DNA from: Felis catus
Taxonomy: Eukaryota
Reading direction: 5' to 3'
Assembly: GCF_018350175.1 (NCBI RefSeq)
Contig: NC_058373.1
Location: 43,772,001-43,836,000 of the forward strand
DNA length: 64,000 nt
Position numbers and translations under genes: made by a program. Numbering within the stretch: the first letter of the stretch is position 1; the number at the start of each line of letters is the position of its first letter. Shown piece after piece: positions 1 to 13,120 of the stretch. The notes under the pieces were generated by a model that ran no database searches, was not told the DNA's origin, and worked only from the letters and a program-made list of their open reading frames with translations.

Positions 1-1775
1 TAGATTTAAATTTAATTCTTCTCTCCCTGTGTCTTTTCTTCTTAACTCACCATCTGACAGGGAATAGTTAGTATATAACCCAAAGCATATGTGGTAAGTT
101 TGTTCCTCTCTGCCTAAATATGAGTTTAATAAAAAAAAAATAGCAGTTAAACATATGTTAAAAATGAGGCAGTACAGTTGGGGGCAAAGACTAAAAGGCG
201 ACACAACTGTTTATTAGTTGTGTTTTTCATTTTCATGTTCAGAGAATTTTAAAACCTGATTTTTTTTTCCTCCTAGATGCAGCCAGATCTGCACAATTAT
301 GTACTCTATTTTGGTCTTTATTTCCTACAGATAAACACTAGACAGTGTTGAAGTCCATGTCCAAAGCAATGAACATCAATTACCAAATTAATGAGTTAGG
401 ACTCTTTTATGTGTCAATTGTCCAGGTTAATAATTTCAGGGCTTGTAATGTTTTACCGCAAGAGAGAGCTTTGGCATTATGTATAGAAATCAGAGTGAGG
501 GAGCGTTAAGTGATCTTGGCTCCCTGAATTGCACTTCACGATTCCTGAGATCTAACCAGAGTAAATCAGATGGTTCCTTTTCTCATTGTCGTTAACAGCT
601 TTATTGAGAGAGTCCATCTGACTTAAAATCAGTGATTAGTCTTGACCTTGTGGGTGAAAATTAATTGGCCCCCTTTTCTTCCCTGTGTCACAAGGATGAA
701 TCCAGGTAGAGACATCTTCTATCGTGGTGTAACTGCCTCCGCCAAACTGTGATCAGAGACATGGCTGTTTCCTTTACTAGAGCGAAATTAGGGCTGCATG
801 CCCAGACTTTTCATTGCAAAATGAACTCTCCCTGTAATAATTTTTTTGCTCTATATGTATGACATCAGTGACTTTTTATACCCATCCTTCTACCCAGATG
901 GGCTGTTGTATAGGAAAAGAGAGGTGACATCAGGACAGAGAATAGAATGGAGAAGGATGGGTCAAAGTTCTTCTTCCGAAAGTGTCGGCTTAGAAAAGCT
1001 TTGCAGACTCAAAGTGATGAATCCGTAATGGTGTATAAAGAACTTTTGGATTCATACTCTAATTTGCCACTGACAAGAGTCTTGTGAAGTAGTAGGAAGG
1101 TGTCTCTCTTGAACTCCACTTGAAAAATAAGGAAACTGAGGCCCTGAATGGCGAAAGCATTGTTTGAGGTGGGGAGTCATAGGACCTGCTTCATTCTTCA
1201 CCCTTGTCTTTCTAATTGTGTTGAGTGGGTAACTTCCTGAAGTGGCCCCTGGTCAGAGTTGGCAGAGAGGTGGAAAGATAGTATGTCTGTCCCCGGTAAT
1301 TCTTTGGTGTAATTTATTTCAAGTCTTTTTCATGGTTTGGGTGTGGGTGTATGCATGCAGCTTTCTAAATAACATAGTGTACTTTGCTTTGGAATTTTTG
1401 CCTCATGGAATCAAGGATAAGCATTATAAGGTCAGATATGGACGAAAGCAAATTCTGTTCACATGCTAATTTTTTGATAGGATTTCTTCCATTCTTGCAA
1501 ATGATAAACATACATTACTTCATTGTAGCTATAGGTCACAGTGGGCCGCTTAGTTTTCCTTTGCCTTCTGGGCGTCAGGTATATCCCACCCATCAGGGAA
1601 CCACCCACTGTCAGACACAACCCTTGTCCTAGACTGCTTTGTGCTCATTCCTATTTTTGTGCTCTGAGCACCTCCTCCATGAGAGAACCAACCAACACAT
1701 GGCCCGTGGCTTGAGGTGGAGTGTGGCCTGATCGCATGAGAGGACAAAATCATATGTTTTCTTGAGGCCCTTTAA

Positions 1776-1820
1776 TTTTTTTTAAATGTTTATTCATTTG
1801 GAGAGAGTGAGTAGTGGAGG

Positions 1821-1874
<54 letters not shown>

Positions 1875-2014
1875 CAGACATAAAATCCGAAGCAGGCTGC
1901 AGGCTCTGAGCTGTCAGCACAGAGCCTGACGTGGGGCCTGAACCCACGAGCTGTGAGATGATGACCTGAGAGCTGAAGTCGAATGTTGAACTGACTGAGC
2001 CACCCAGGCACCCC
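1776..2014 (-). mobile_element. Can-SINE (SINEC, felid type) with expanded (GA)n
   Basis: Reverse complement of the GGGGTGCCTGGGTGGCTCAGTCAG tRNA-derived head, (CT)n region and A-tail. TSD-like aggccctttaa / agaccctttaa. Confidence 0.95.
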
Positions 2015-2034
2015 TAGACCCTTTAAAAAAAAAA

Positions 2035-2244
2035 TTTTTTTTTAACGTTTATTGATTTTTTGAGACACAGAGACAGAGTGTGTGCAGGGGAGAGGCAGAG
2101 AGACTGGAGTCACAGATTCAATAGCAGACTCCAGGCTCTACGTTGTCAGTACAGAGCCCGACCTGGGGATCCAACTCATAAGCCATGAGATCATAACCTG
2201 AGCCGACGTTGGGCACTTAACCGACTCAGCCACCCAGATGCCCC
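2035..2244 (-). mobile_element. Can-SINE inserted at the head of the previous SINE
   Basis: SINEC head and body on the minus strand. TSD acccctagaccctttaaa (2010-2027) / acccctagaccatttaaa (2245-2262). Confidence 0.95.
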
Positions 2245-2339
2245 ACCCCTAGACCATTTAAACCCAGGAACATAAATGTCATTTTCTGGGGTGCCATAAA
2301 TGAGAAAGTATAGTCTTAACATGTAGTAGACAGTGAATT

Positions 2340-3230
2340 TCAATTTTTGGCCATTTATTCCCCCCACAAAAAATAAGAATTTTGAAGTTTTTTGTATCCC
2401 CTTCCTCATGCTTTCCTAAAACCTGACATTTAAAATTTTTCATTGTAAGTTTAAATAGTTACAAAGGATATAAATTCCTGGCAAATGATATTGACATTTT
2501 AAAATAAAACTGTTTGATCACTTTTGAAAACGCATGCAGTTAAATCTAAATGCTATTTTGAGTGAATATCCATCGTCATTCATATTTTTTTAAATACACG
2601 AACAAGCTGTTCTTTAACATTCAAAAATTGTGTATCTTTTTTCTTTGAACTGTATTTCCATTATATTTCCCCTGTGGAATTTTATACTAATGTTATATAT
2701 TTTAATGCTTAAAAGTCTTTTATTGATTATGCTGTCATAATTCTTTGCAATAAAAATGTGTAAAAATAAATTAAAATTTTAAACCCAATGATCATAAAGC
2801 TCTAAGTAATAAAGTCTTCTAGATTGATTTATCATTATAATGAATTTTAGTACAAAGTTAATCAAAACAAAATAACCATATGAAACATTTTGATGAATAA
2901 TTATTAAATGTAAGAAACAAAAATTTATTGGAAATGCATTTCTTAATGAGATGGATAGGGCTTTATTTCCAGTTAGTTCAACTTATGGATCAATACTATT
3001 TATTGCTAAGGGTTCGACATCAATTCCATTTCTGGTTTTAGTTTCTACAATATGGTGAATATAATATATATATATAAATATAAATTGTCTAATATTATGA
3101 GATGGGAACAGATGCAGGAATGTTAGAGCAGTAGCATTTCTGTTTTTGAACTTGGGAATCATAAGCCAAAAACAAACGACCACTCACAGCAATATTTAGT
3201 GATTTCTAGGTAAATTGATTAGATCCTCCT
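2340..3230 (-). mobile_element. hAT-Charlie DNA transposon remnant with fossil transposase C-terminus
   Basis: Minus-strand translation FWL...ALTFLHLFPS...ETKTRNGIDVEP...IDP, then frameshifted KPYPSH* (stop at 2943-2945). This resembles Charlie/Buster transposase dimerisation-domain ends. AT-rich 3' region follows. Confidence 0.7.
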
Positions 3231-4949
3231 TTCATTTTGTGAAAAACAAACAGTTGGTGGGCACCTGGCTTCCAAAAGTGTTTGTAACCATTCTTAACGT
3301 CCTCCCCTTTCTCACTGTATACTAAACAGTGTATCATATTTGCTTTATCAAGGTAGGAAATGACTAAAAGACGTATGTGCCCTTTCACTTAGTGGCTGCT
3401 TCCCCTGATCTACGTAGAAAGTGTTGGTAATTAGGCGTATTGGAAATTTCAGTGTACCTTTGCCTGCCAAACAATATTTTTATACAATTACAGTAAGGAT
3501 GCTTTTATCACATCTTTGAAATGCGTATTCATCAAACCTTGGATCTGCAGATTTAGTTCATGCAATGCATAGATAATATACCCTAATTGTGCCCATTATT
3601 TAATCAACCAGCCAAGTCAGATTTATTTTGTGTCAGAAGAGTCTGACTACATTTTCCAATGGATGTGTTTTTCACTGTTAATATGCATCCCTGTGACAGC
3701 CTTATCATCTGCGTTCGAATTTTAGTACAGAATTCTGACCACAATATAGCTCTGTAAGGACGGGGTTTTTAAGAGTGTAAATTTGGGAAGGCAGTAATTG
3801 ATTAATAAATATTTGTCAGGGGGGTAGAGGGAGGGAGAGGGGAAGAGGGAGGGAAATTGCGCTTTGAAGCCATGATCTGGTGACCTGGGTGTGGTAAGTC
3901 TGTACGACCTTAACTAGTTCTTACTGACTCTCTTTGTTCTAATGGGGTCTCCAATAATAGTCAAGGGGTAGAGGAGAGGTAGTGAAACCACAATTATCAG
4001 CCTTCTCCTCATCCCACTCCACCTATCTAAATCTCCAAAGTGGTCAAAATACACTACTTCTGACTCTTTATGAAAGACCCAAAGGCCTACCCACCTTGGA
4101 TTCATTACCACCCTGATTTCAGGAGGCTTACTTTTCACTCATGTATCAAGTTGGTTCTTTCTGGAGCATCCAGTGCCAGTCATAGCTGCAGGGTATGGGG
4201 CACAGGGGATTTGAGAGGGGGGAGAGTCAGGGCTTTCTTCCATGAAAGCATGGTCGTAGGAGGCTGGGGAGTATGCTGGCAGGCACCCTTGAGCACAGAT
4301 GCGTTCTCAGACAAACTTAGGCAACAGTCTAGGGGAATAGAGATTCTGTAAGTTTATTCCCTTAAAATCACCTGTGTCTATATCTTTCTTGGAAGGATTT
4401 TTGTGACACTTCAGGTATATATGTTCCCTAGTTTGAAGACCACTATAAGGGAGAAAGAAGTACCCTTAAAAACAAATAAAATACACCAACTATCATTCAG
4501 AAGGGGCTATAATTTGGGAGGGGAGGCACAGGACACACATGTAAAGGTACTGATAAGGCATTTTTCAGGCAAAATATATTTCCCTGTGTTTTGAATCCAT
4601 GATCTTCCCGAAGACCATGAAAACCGTGTGTTAGGCGGAACCTGGAGAAAGGGTACTCCTGGGATTGGTGAGTTCCAGAAAACTGCTAAGAGAAAGGGGA
4701 AACAGCATTTATTGAACAGGTATTGTTGGTCGGGAGGGGTTGTATATCTTAACACATTTATTTCTCCCTTTGCATTGGAGAGGTTAAGTGACCTTTCTCA
4801 GAGAACATGGTCAGTGAGTGGTTATGCCTGGCTCCAGAGTCCATCTGGGAAGAAGTGTGTGTGAGCTGCTTTCTGCCTCTTCCTAAATCCACCTGAGACC
4901 TAGGGAGTCAGGTGATGATAGTCAGAATCTCATCTTGAAAGAAGAGTCC

Positions 4950-5845
4950 ATTTTATTTTTTCTTAGTTGCAAAAGAAACACATGCTCAGTGTAGAAATCA
5001 TGAAAAGCACAGGAAGGCCAAAGTCAATAAACAAAAATTATCTCTAAGCCTACCACTCCAATAACTGTGAACATTTTAGAGTGTGTATATTCATGAGGGA
5101 GGACAATGTACAGAAACGTGCACGCAGTCCTTGTCACAGCAGAGACAGAAACTTTGTGTGGTTTACACCACCCCCACTCGGGTTTCAGTGTGCACTTCGG
5201 CATTCACCAGTTTCTTCATCTGTGGAAAGGCAATAATAATAGATATTTCATAGAGTTGTTGTGTTACATGAGATAGTGCAAGTATGCTTAGCTAAATGCT
5301 TACCCCACAGGACACCAGATGAAGGGATGGATGGTTGAATGGATGGATGGCAGATCGTAGAGGTTAAAATTTTCTTGGGTTAACAACACTTCCTGAACAC
5401 TTCTCCATCTCTTTAGTTGTGTGTTGCTGTAAGCATGACCTTTAACCACATCCGTTGTATGACTATAACACAGTTGACTTAACTAGTTGTCTTACTGTTG
5501 GGCACTTACATCGTTCCCAACAGTTTGCTATTCTCAACAGCCTTGCACGAAACACTCTATTGCAGGGGATTGACGCAGTAAAACTATAGACGTGTAATTG
5601 CTGCTCTGGAATGCACACGTGGAAGACATTTTCAGCATGTTGCCTAATTTAACTTCAGAAAACTCTACTAATTTATATTCCAACTCTATATAGATGTGAG
5701 AGTGCCTGTTTGCATAAACCCTCACCAACATAGGTATTATCTTTCTTATTCATCTTTGCTAATTGGATAAGTTTTAAAAAGTGTACATGTTTTAGTTTGC
5801 ATTTCTTTGATTATAAGTGAGGTTTGACATTCTCTGTTATTTCTG
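4950..5845 (-). mobile_element. Ancient L1 (L1ME-type) fragments interrupted by a MIR fragment (~5200-5300)
   Basis: Antisense L1 motifs such as ccctcaccaacataggtattatc and ttttagtttgcatttctttgattataagtgagg. Confidence 0.7.
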
Positions 5846-8299
5846 TGGGCTTACAAAAAACAGCCTAACAATGAGGATGTGTGCAGGTGTTTGTTCTTCT
5901 TGTGATGCTTAGTGTTATTTACTCCCAGTCTGTACCCATCTCTTTTCTGTAGGAGGCATAAAATTAAAGTTCAACTTTCCCAGGGCAGGTGTGTATGCAT
6001 AAGAGGTTTAATCAATAACTGACAGAGGAAGTGGGGGTTCAGAGTTCCCTCCCAGGTCTCTATGGATTCTTTCTCTTTGAATCTGGCTGCTGCTTCTCTG
6101 ACAGGTGTACTTCTTAGCTCCAGGGACCTGGACCAGACAGCCCTCAGCTCTCACTCTGCCCAGTGTGCCATGGGACTCTGGACGTTGCAGAAATACATAT
6201 GGTCTGGAGAATGCAAAAGGTCACAGGCTTATTTTTAGATGGGAAAAATGAGACTCCATTTTAAGCCTAAAGGATCCTGTAATAGGATGTGCCCTCTTGC
6301 TGCGTTATTTGTATTCCAGTATTCGTCTCTCTCTCTTTCTCTGTCTCTCTCTGCCTTTCTCCCTGCCTCTCGCCGGCAAATTATCCTCTTCCATGACAAG
6401 AGGTACTGTCAATAAAGAAAGCAAATGTCTAACAAGGAATTTAAATAATAGAAGAAAATGTCCTAAACCTAGAAAATCTTGTTTGCAAATTGACAGAATG
6501 AGAAGGCTGTTTCTCCCTTGGCAAGGAGTTTGAAACCTCCTCTTGTCTGAGTTCCCTTCTCTCTGGGATCTGAAAGCTGTGACAGGTCTCCGTGTCGCTT
6601 TTGTTCCTCCACACTGAGATTGGGTTCCCCGCCGCCCCCCCCCCAAGTTTTTTTGTTTGTTTTTCTTGACCATGAGAAAATTTTTCTCATCGAAAGAGAG
6701 AGACGGAGAGGCAGTCTGTGTGTGAGAGAGGCAGACAGACAGATGGAAAACAGCAGGAGCAAAGGCCAGGCCTGTGTCACCTCCTCCTAGTTCTGAGTTT
6801 GATTTCCTTCCCACCAGGGAGAACAGCCAGGCTTCGTCAGCCGCTGCTGGAGTGCCTTGGAACTATCACCCGTAGCTTCGCTCTCATTTCAGCCATTCCT
6901 TCTTCGAAAGGTGGTCTGGGATACGCGTCATTTCTTCCTCAAAGCTTGCTCTGTGCTCTCTCACCTCCCATGCCTGACCTTGTTTTGCATTTTGTCCAGA
7001 GAACATGAAATAAGCTTTAAAACTTGCTTGATGAGATAAATATTCACAGGCCTCACAGATATGCCCAAGCCCACATGGTCCGTATGACTACACTAAGCAG
7101 ACGAGGGCACCAAAGATGCGATCTAGTTTGTCTTTGAATTTCGAAAGTTTGCATCTCCCAGCTGGAACCCTCGAGTGGGTTGCATTCATATATATTCAAT
7201 ACGAGCATAAACGGGATCCTAATTAATGAGCTGGTTAATTCTTCTTGCCAGCTGGGGACAAAAACCATTGTTCCAGGCTCCAGCCATTGTGTGTGTGTGT
7301 GAATTTGGAATCTCCAGATTTCAAATCACTAGATCAGCAGATTAGATAGTGTCTTCAGTCTCTCAAGATTTTTTAAAAACATAGATACTCTTTCTTATAA
7401 TGTCTAATAATCAGAAATGACCCTTTTTGTAGGCTGCATCCTGTATAGCTTATCATAATGGATACCCAGAGTGATAGATGTTGGGTAGTTATGTCCTTGT
7501 GTTTTCAAGTGATTTACAGAAAACCAGTTTTCTGACATTGGTGAGCACAAGGTATTTATATTCCCTGGCTGGGTGCATCCAATAACTCCTTTTCAAATGG
7601 GAGCATCAGCTCCAAGGATGAAAGGATCACTTCTCAGAGTTTAAACCCTAAAGCAGCATCATTCACAAGAATGATTTGCTGGCAGAGATTAACTCTCTCA
7701 CTAGATGATGCTTTGGATAAAGTAAGAAGTGGGCTGACTAGTTCCTAAATTACAGGTAGGCTGTGTTCAGAAACACGAAGGTATTTGTTCAATATGATAC
7801 AAGCCCTTTAATCTCTCTGCATGGCATTGTTTTAGCACTGAGCACAACTCCTCAAAGCCCAAGATTAAATTAGGAGAAATCCCCCTGCTGCTTCTATTGA
7901 ATTGAGTTAATATAATGAGTTTATTGTTAAATTAAACAAAATGAAACTTGCCATGTGGAAGAAATACGGCTGAGATCGCAGTGGGATGTTGTTTTTTTCC
8001 CTTCCTACCTTGCTTCTGTGCTACTGAGAGGCAGCTCCTTGTATCAGATGGTACCACTCTAACACACTCACTCAACTTGCCCTGGGAGGTGGGAGCTGGG
8101 AGTTACGGTTGACACACAAAACAAAAAGGAACTTAAACCTTGTGGGGTGGTAAGGCTCGGTGCCCAGCCTTTGTAGACTAGGTCCTTCCTTCGTTGTAGA
8201 TACACATGCTAGTGTAAACCAGGACATGACTTCCACTTCCCTCCCATGGGTTCCATTAAAAGACAGGGTTGAAACCAGCCAGTTCAGCTCCATAGTCCA

Positions 8300-8755
8300 G
8301 AGAAAGGAGCTTTTTGTGCAACAGCCACCTTCCCAGCTGCCCCTCCTGTCCATCCCTTGCCTCTTCTGGCTCCTTTCTGTGTGATGTCTGCTGCCTCCCC
8401 TGTGTAACTAGTGTCTTTTCCTCTTGCTCACTCCATCTGACTCTTTGCCTTATCTCCACATGGTTGGGTCATTTTCATCATTCTGCTCTTGTTTTAAATG
8501 TCACCTCAGAGTCATCTTTCTTCCCTCACCATGTAGAAGTAGCCCCTCAGTCACTCTCTGTCATATTCCCTGGTTTTATTTTTTGTCACATTTCACATCA
8601 CCATTTATTTCTTCACTTCTAGCTTATGTGTTTACAGCTGCTCATCTCTCCCTCCAATAGAAAGTAAACTCTCTCAAGGCAGGTGCCACAGGGGCTCCTC
8701 CCACTGTATCTCACAATGTCTAGAACAGAGCAAGCACTCAGTAGATACTGGATGA
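8300..8755 (+). mobile_element. L2 3' end fragment
   Basis: aaatgtcacctc...tagaaagtaaactctctcaaggcagg...tctagaacagagcaagcactcagtagatac resembles the L2 3' terminus. Confidence 0.75.
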
Positions 8756-11700
8756 AAGGGTGACGCCTCAGTCTGCCCACGTGACCTAGAGCAGGCTTCT
8801 TGACCTCTCTGAGCTTAGGGTGTAGAGATAATAAATGGCCATCTTCCCGTGGCCCTTGAGAGCTAAATCCTTTAAAAGCAAATGAGCCCAGAACAATGAC
8901 ACATGCTAGTTTGCTTCTCTGGGCTCTAAGACTTAATCTTCAAATGCTTTTCCTGCTTCTTAGGGCCCATACCTTCACCATCCAGCATGCGTACAAGTTA
9001 GTATGGTTGATGTTCCCAAACGCAAAGCTGGGCTGTAAGTTGAGTTATTAATGACTTTTCTATAGCACGCTCTTCCTATCCCACAAAGATTTGTAATTTG
9101 TTTTTCAAAAGCATCATTTCCCCCAATAAACCATGAATTGGTAAGTATTATCTCTGTCTCAGCAATGACTGATGGAGTGAGGAACCAGCATCTCAGTGAA
9201 AACATGGGCCAGAACCAGAATGTGGGAAGGACCCTTAAGAAATAATTGGGTAAGACATGTGTCTTTTATTAAAGAAATTTAAAATGGAATGTCCTCAGCA
9301 TTGGAGAGAGAGGTTTTTATGTTTTTGTTTTTAAGTTTATTTTGCATTAAAAGATCCTCTGGAGCTGGGAGGAACCTAAGAAATCATTTACCGCATTCTT
9401 ATGTTACAGATGTGGGAACTGAGGAGGCCTGCAGCAGTTAAAGTTGCTTATCCAAGGCCTCCTCACTTGTAAGGTGCACGTGGGCCACCCTGGCCTCCTA
9501 ATTCCCTCACTGAGCATTTCCCTCTTGCCTGGCTGCTGCACCTCCTCCAGAATGCCCACCTGGGTTTCTTTTGCTGTCACCTAATTTCCTTAAAGCCTCT
9601 TTTTAAAAATCAGTCCTGTGCTTGATGATACTAAGTTGCCCTTTTTCTTTTCTTCTGAAGTCAAAACCACCCCTAAATCCACTGCTCTTGCCTCACTAGG
9701 TCTGTTTCCCGTCTGGTTAGCAGCTTCCCTATCCCTTTAGCCCCTCCTTGGATCGCAGCGGCCAGCCTTCTCTTCTCCCTACTCTCCAAAACATTCTCCG
9801 TGGACGGGGTCCTCCTTGCCTCTGAGCCTGTGACCCCGGGCATCCCTTGACTTCAGAGTTCTCTGAGCAGCATAATTATTATTTTCAGCTATGAAATGTT
9901 CACTTTGCGCCCGATGTCCTTTCTGTCCTGATGCCTCTGATCTTTTACATTGGTTGGCTGCCTAGTAGGGCAATCTGTTCCCCAACCTTAAAATGTCTTG
10001 TATATGGCGTCTTAAAATGTCCAGTTAATGTTAGGTGAATCTAGAGATTCACGTTAAGCTGATTGAAGTATGATTTAGTAGAACAGAACATTTTAAAGAT
10101 TCTTGCCATCATCATCAAGAAGTACTAAACATCAAATGTATTTTCCAAAAAGATCTTCTTTAGCTAATAATAAAAAAAACCCTAAATGCTAAGTATATCC
10201 TATAATTTTACATCTGTTAAGTGATTTGAACTGTGAAATGTTCACACTGAAAAACAGTTTGCCTTTCCAGCTGTTGATCTGCTCTGAACACTGAGAATTA
10301 CTGTACAGGAAGTCTTCTTCGCAGGCTCAAAGTAGTTCTGTTCGGATGCCTTTGAGCGGGGAATGGGGAGCAGATTAATTTTTGGTCTGCAATTCAGCTG
10401 TTTTCATTTTCTTTGAACATAAGAAGTCTATTTAGAATTTGCCCCTAGGATGTGATGCATTAAATGGCCACAAGCCAGTTTTTGTGGACCTCTATTCAGA
10501 AAGGGTTAAAGCCGGCAGACAAACAGCAAGAACCTGGCAGCAAAATCCCATCCTTCCCTTCTTGTCCACACGCAAAGTCAAAGACACCCTGGGCCCTTCT
10601 GAAGGCTAAGTCCCCAGCATCCATATGTACAGCAAGCCTTGTTAAGATTAGTAATAGGGAGCATTGGTTTAAGTCTGAACACCTGGGCGACAGGGAGGAA
10701 ATGTGTACACAGCAGGCCATATAATGAAGGGCGTGTTGAAAATACAACATACCTGCTTCCTTTGAGTACATGAAAAGCCCTCCATGTGAAATGGGGATAT
10801 GTTATTTTATTTGGCCTCAAAGGGAAGTTAACATCCATGAGTATGAGCTACCAGGAGACAGATATCACCTCCGTGCACGCAAGAAATCCTCTCAGGATCT
10901 GGGCTACCAGTGGTGGAATGGCCTCAGTGGTAGGAATCTTCCTGTTGTGATTCTTTTGAGAACCCCCCTGTTCACATGTGCTCTGCGAAACCTCCCACAG
11001 CCATGTTTGAGGACCCCGTGAGCAGTGAGCTGAATCTTTCCATCAAACAGTAAGGAGTTTTAACTGCCCAGCTGCCTGTCCCTCAGTTTTGATTGTTTTC
11101 TGTCTCAGGGTCCATGTAGAGTTAATTTCCGATAGAATTCTTGTTAAAAAAAAGTCACTTGAAAACCACCACACTTGATGATTTTTCAGTCCCCTTCTAG
11201 CTCTGGGGTGCTGTGACTATAGCAGAATCCAGCATGGTTGGTCATCAGGTTCTGGGCCCCTAAAGCCCCCAAAAGCACCACCCTGGATTCGCGGTCCTCA
11301 ACTTTTTCTGGATGTTCACCTCCCCATTGACTGGAGGGTGATAGTTCTGATAAGGTGGCCATTCTTCCTCTGAGCCTTGTTCTGTAGTTTCTTGTCTGTT
11401 TGGTTCGGGCTCTATAAAATGAGCATGATCATCTTTGTCTCCACTGGCGCTAAGGTGTCCAGACCCACAGGAGGGTCTACACTACCTGGAGAGGGGGGTG
11501 GGCCCTGGCCAGGCTCAGAGAGATGTCTGGGATCTGTAAAAAGCATCGCGGTCATCAGCCTTCAAAAACACCTGTTAGCAATACCCACAGTGAAGATAGC
11601 TCTGGCTAAAAGGAAATGATACAGCAGAGCAAACCCACGTGGCCTTCTGAATTTTCCTCTAAGGCTTTGCAGCCACACCAGGGTCATGCCAGTTTCATCT

Positions 11701-12979
11701 CTCTAATGGGTTCAATTGTGCTTGTGAGCTGTAAGTCACCCGTGTTCCATGTGGCTGGTGGGGACACAGGCACATCCTATTAGCTTCTGTTCATGGGGTT
11801 CACTCGCTCTACGAACAACGTGTTGAAGACATGAACAAGACTGTTTTGTTTTTTTCTATTGCACATAATAATTGGTTTCCTTGGGATTATGGCTCTTTTA
11901 CCTTATCACTGCCAATTCTTACAGCTCCAGAGAGAAGGATGGCTTGCCCAATCACTGAAGCAAAGTTAAAAGACACATTAAGGTCCAAGCAAGAGAAAAT
12001 GTGAGTTTGAAGTGATAAAATGCCTTTGAGAATCTTCTGTTTTAGGGATTGGATATTAGCAAACATGAGTGAGAGTTTTTAAAAGCCATAACTCTTACAG
12101 GGAAGATAGATGAGTGCACGAGTACTTTGTAAGAAGTTAAACTTGAGTAATTGAGTGTAATGCTAGACTACTAATTTTTTAAAATGCTTTTGGAAGCAAC
12201 CATTCTCAGGGGGGAGGGGAGAAAGAATGTTTGTCTGAAGATGCTTTACCATAATATTTAGTAACAGCATTACTTTATAGAAAGTTGATGACAGATATAA
12301 ATGTCATATTTGCTTTAAAATACTAGTAGGAAACGGCATTTAAAATGAGGATAAAGAAAACTGGAAGGCGAAACAGAATTGAGAGCCAGAAGATTTGCGT
12401 TTGGCAGAAAATGGCTGTGTGTTCTTGGGAAAACTGCTTTTCTTCTCTGAGCCTCAGTTTTTATAGTGGCTTAGAGGGGTTTAAACCATAGGATCCAGAG
12501 CCTTTTTACCTCTGAAGTTGTGTCCTTCTCTTTCTGAATTGAACAAATGTTCTCCTTCCATCTGTGAATCAGATGGAATGTGAATCGGACCAGTTTTGTT
12601 GCCCTCCCCTCCCCATTCCCAGCCAGGATGCCCCTCATCAAGGTGTTTGACACCAACTGATTCAAGCACCTAACATATTTTACTTCCATATGATAAGAAT
12701 AGCAACAACTAGTCAGCTCGTAGGTAACATGTAATAATATCATCTTTCCCTTCAAAAAAAATCTTTCTGAGCCACTCTGGATTATTAGAGGCTCCTAAGA
12801 CTTAATTAAGGATCACATAGGAATTACTTTGGGATCTTTTGAGATTATTCCATATGTAAAGAGTAGACTGATAAAGTGTCACAAAGTATGTTTTTTTTTT
12901 TCTTGTGTCTTTACGTTAGTCAGCTGGTATAGATGCTTTGTATAGACACCATGAGTGTTACAGGAACATAAACCCTTAA

Positions 12980-13120
12980 ACTTTTTTCCTCAGATACAAT
13001 TAGCATACAGCAAAATAGATCTTCTGTGTTCAATTCAATGAGTTTTGACAATTGTATACGGACATGTAACCAGCGTTTAAAACAAGATAAAGAGCATTTC
13101 CATCCTTCTGGAAACTTTAA
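12980..13120 (-). mobile_element. Old L1 3' end fragment
   Basis: caattcaatgagttttgacaattgtatac...agagcatttccatc is typical antisense L1ME/L1MB 3' end. Confidence 0.65.

Noticed and set aside
260-430. Tandem splice acceptors at 277 and 331
   Set aside because: The exon from 331 has early stops in all frames, the donor is weak, and nothing else supports either site.
6305-6814. 169-aa minus-strand ORF
   Set aside because: Built from low-complexity (CT)n, G and A runs; no recognisable domain.
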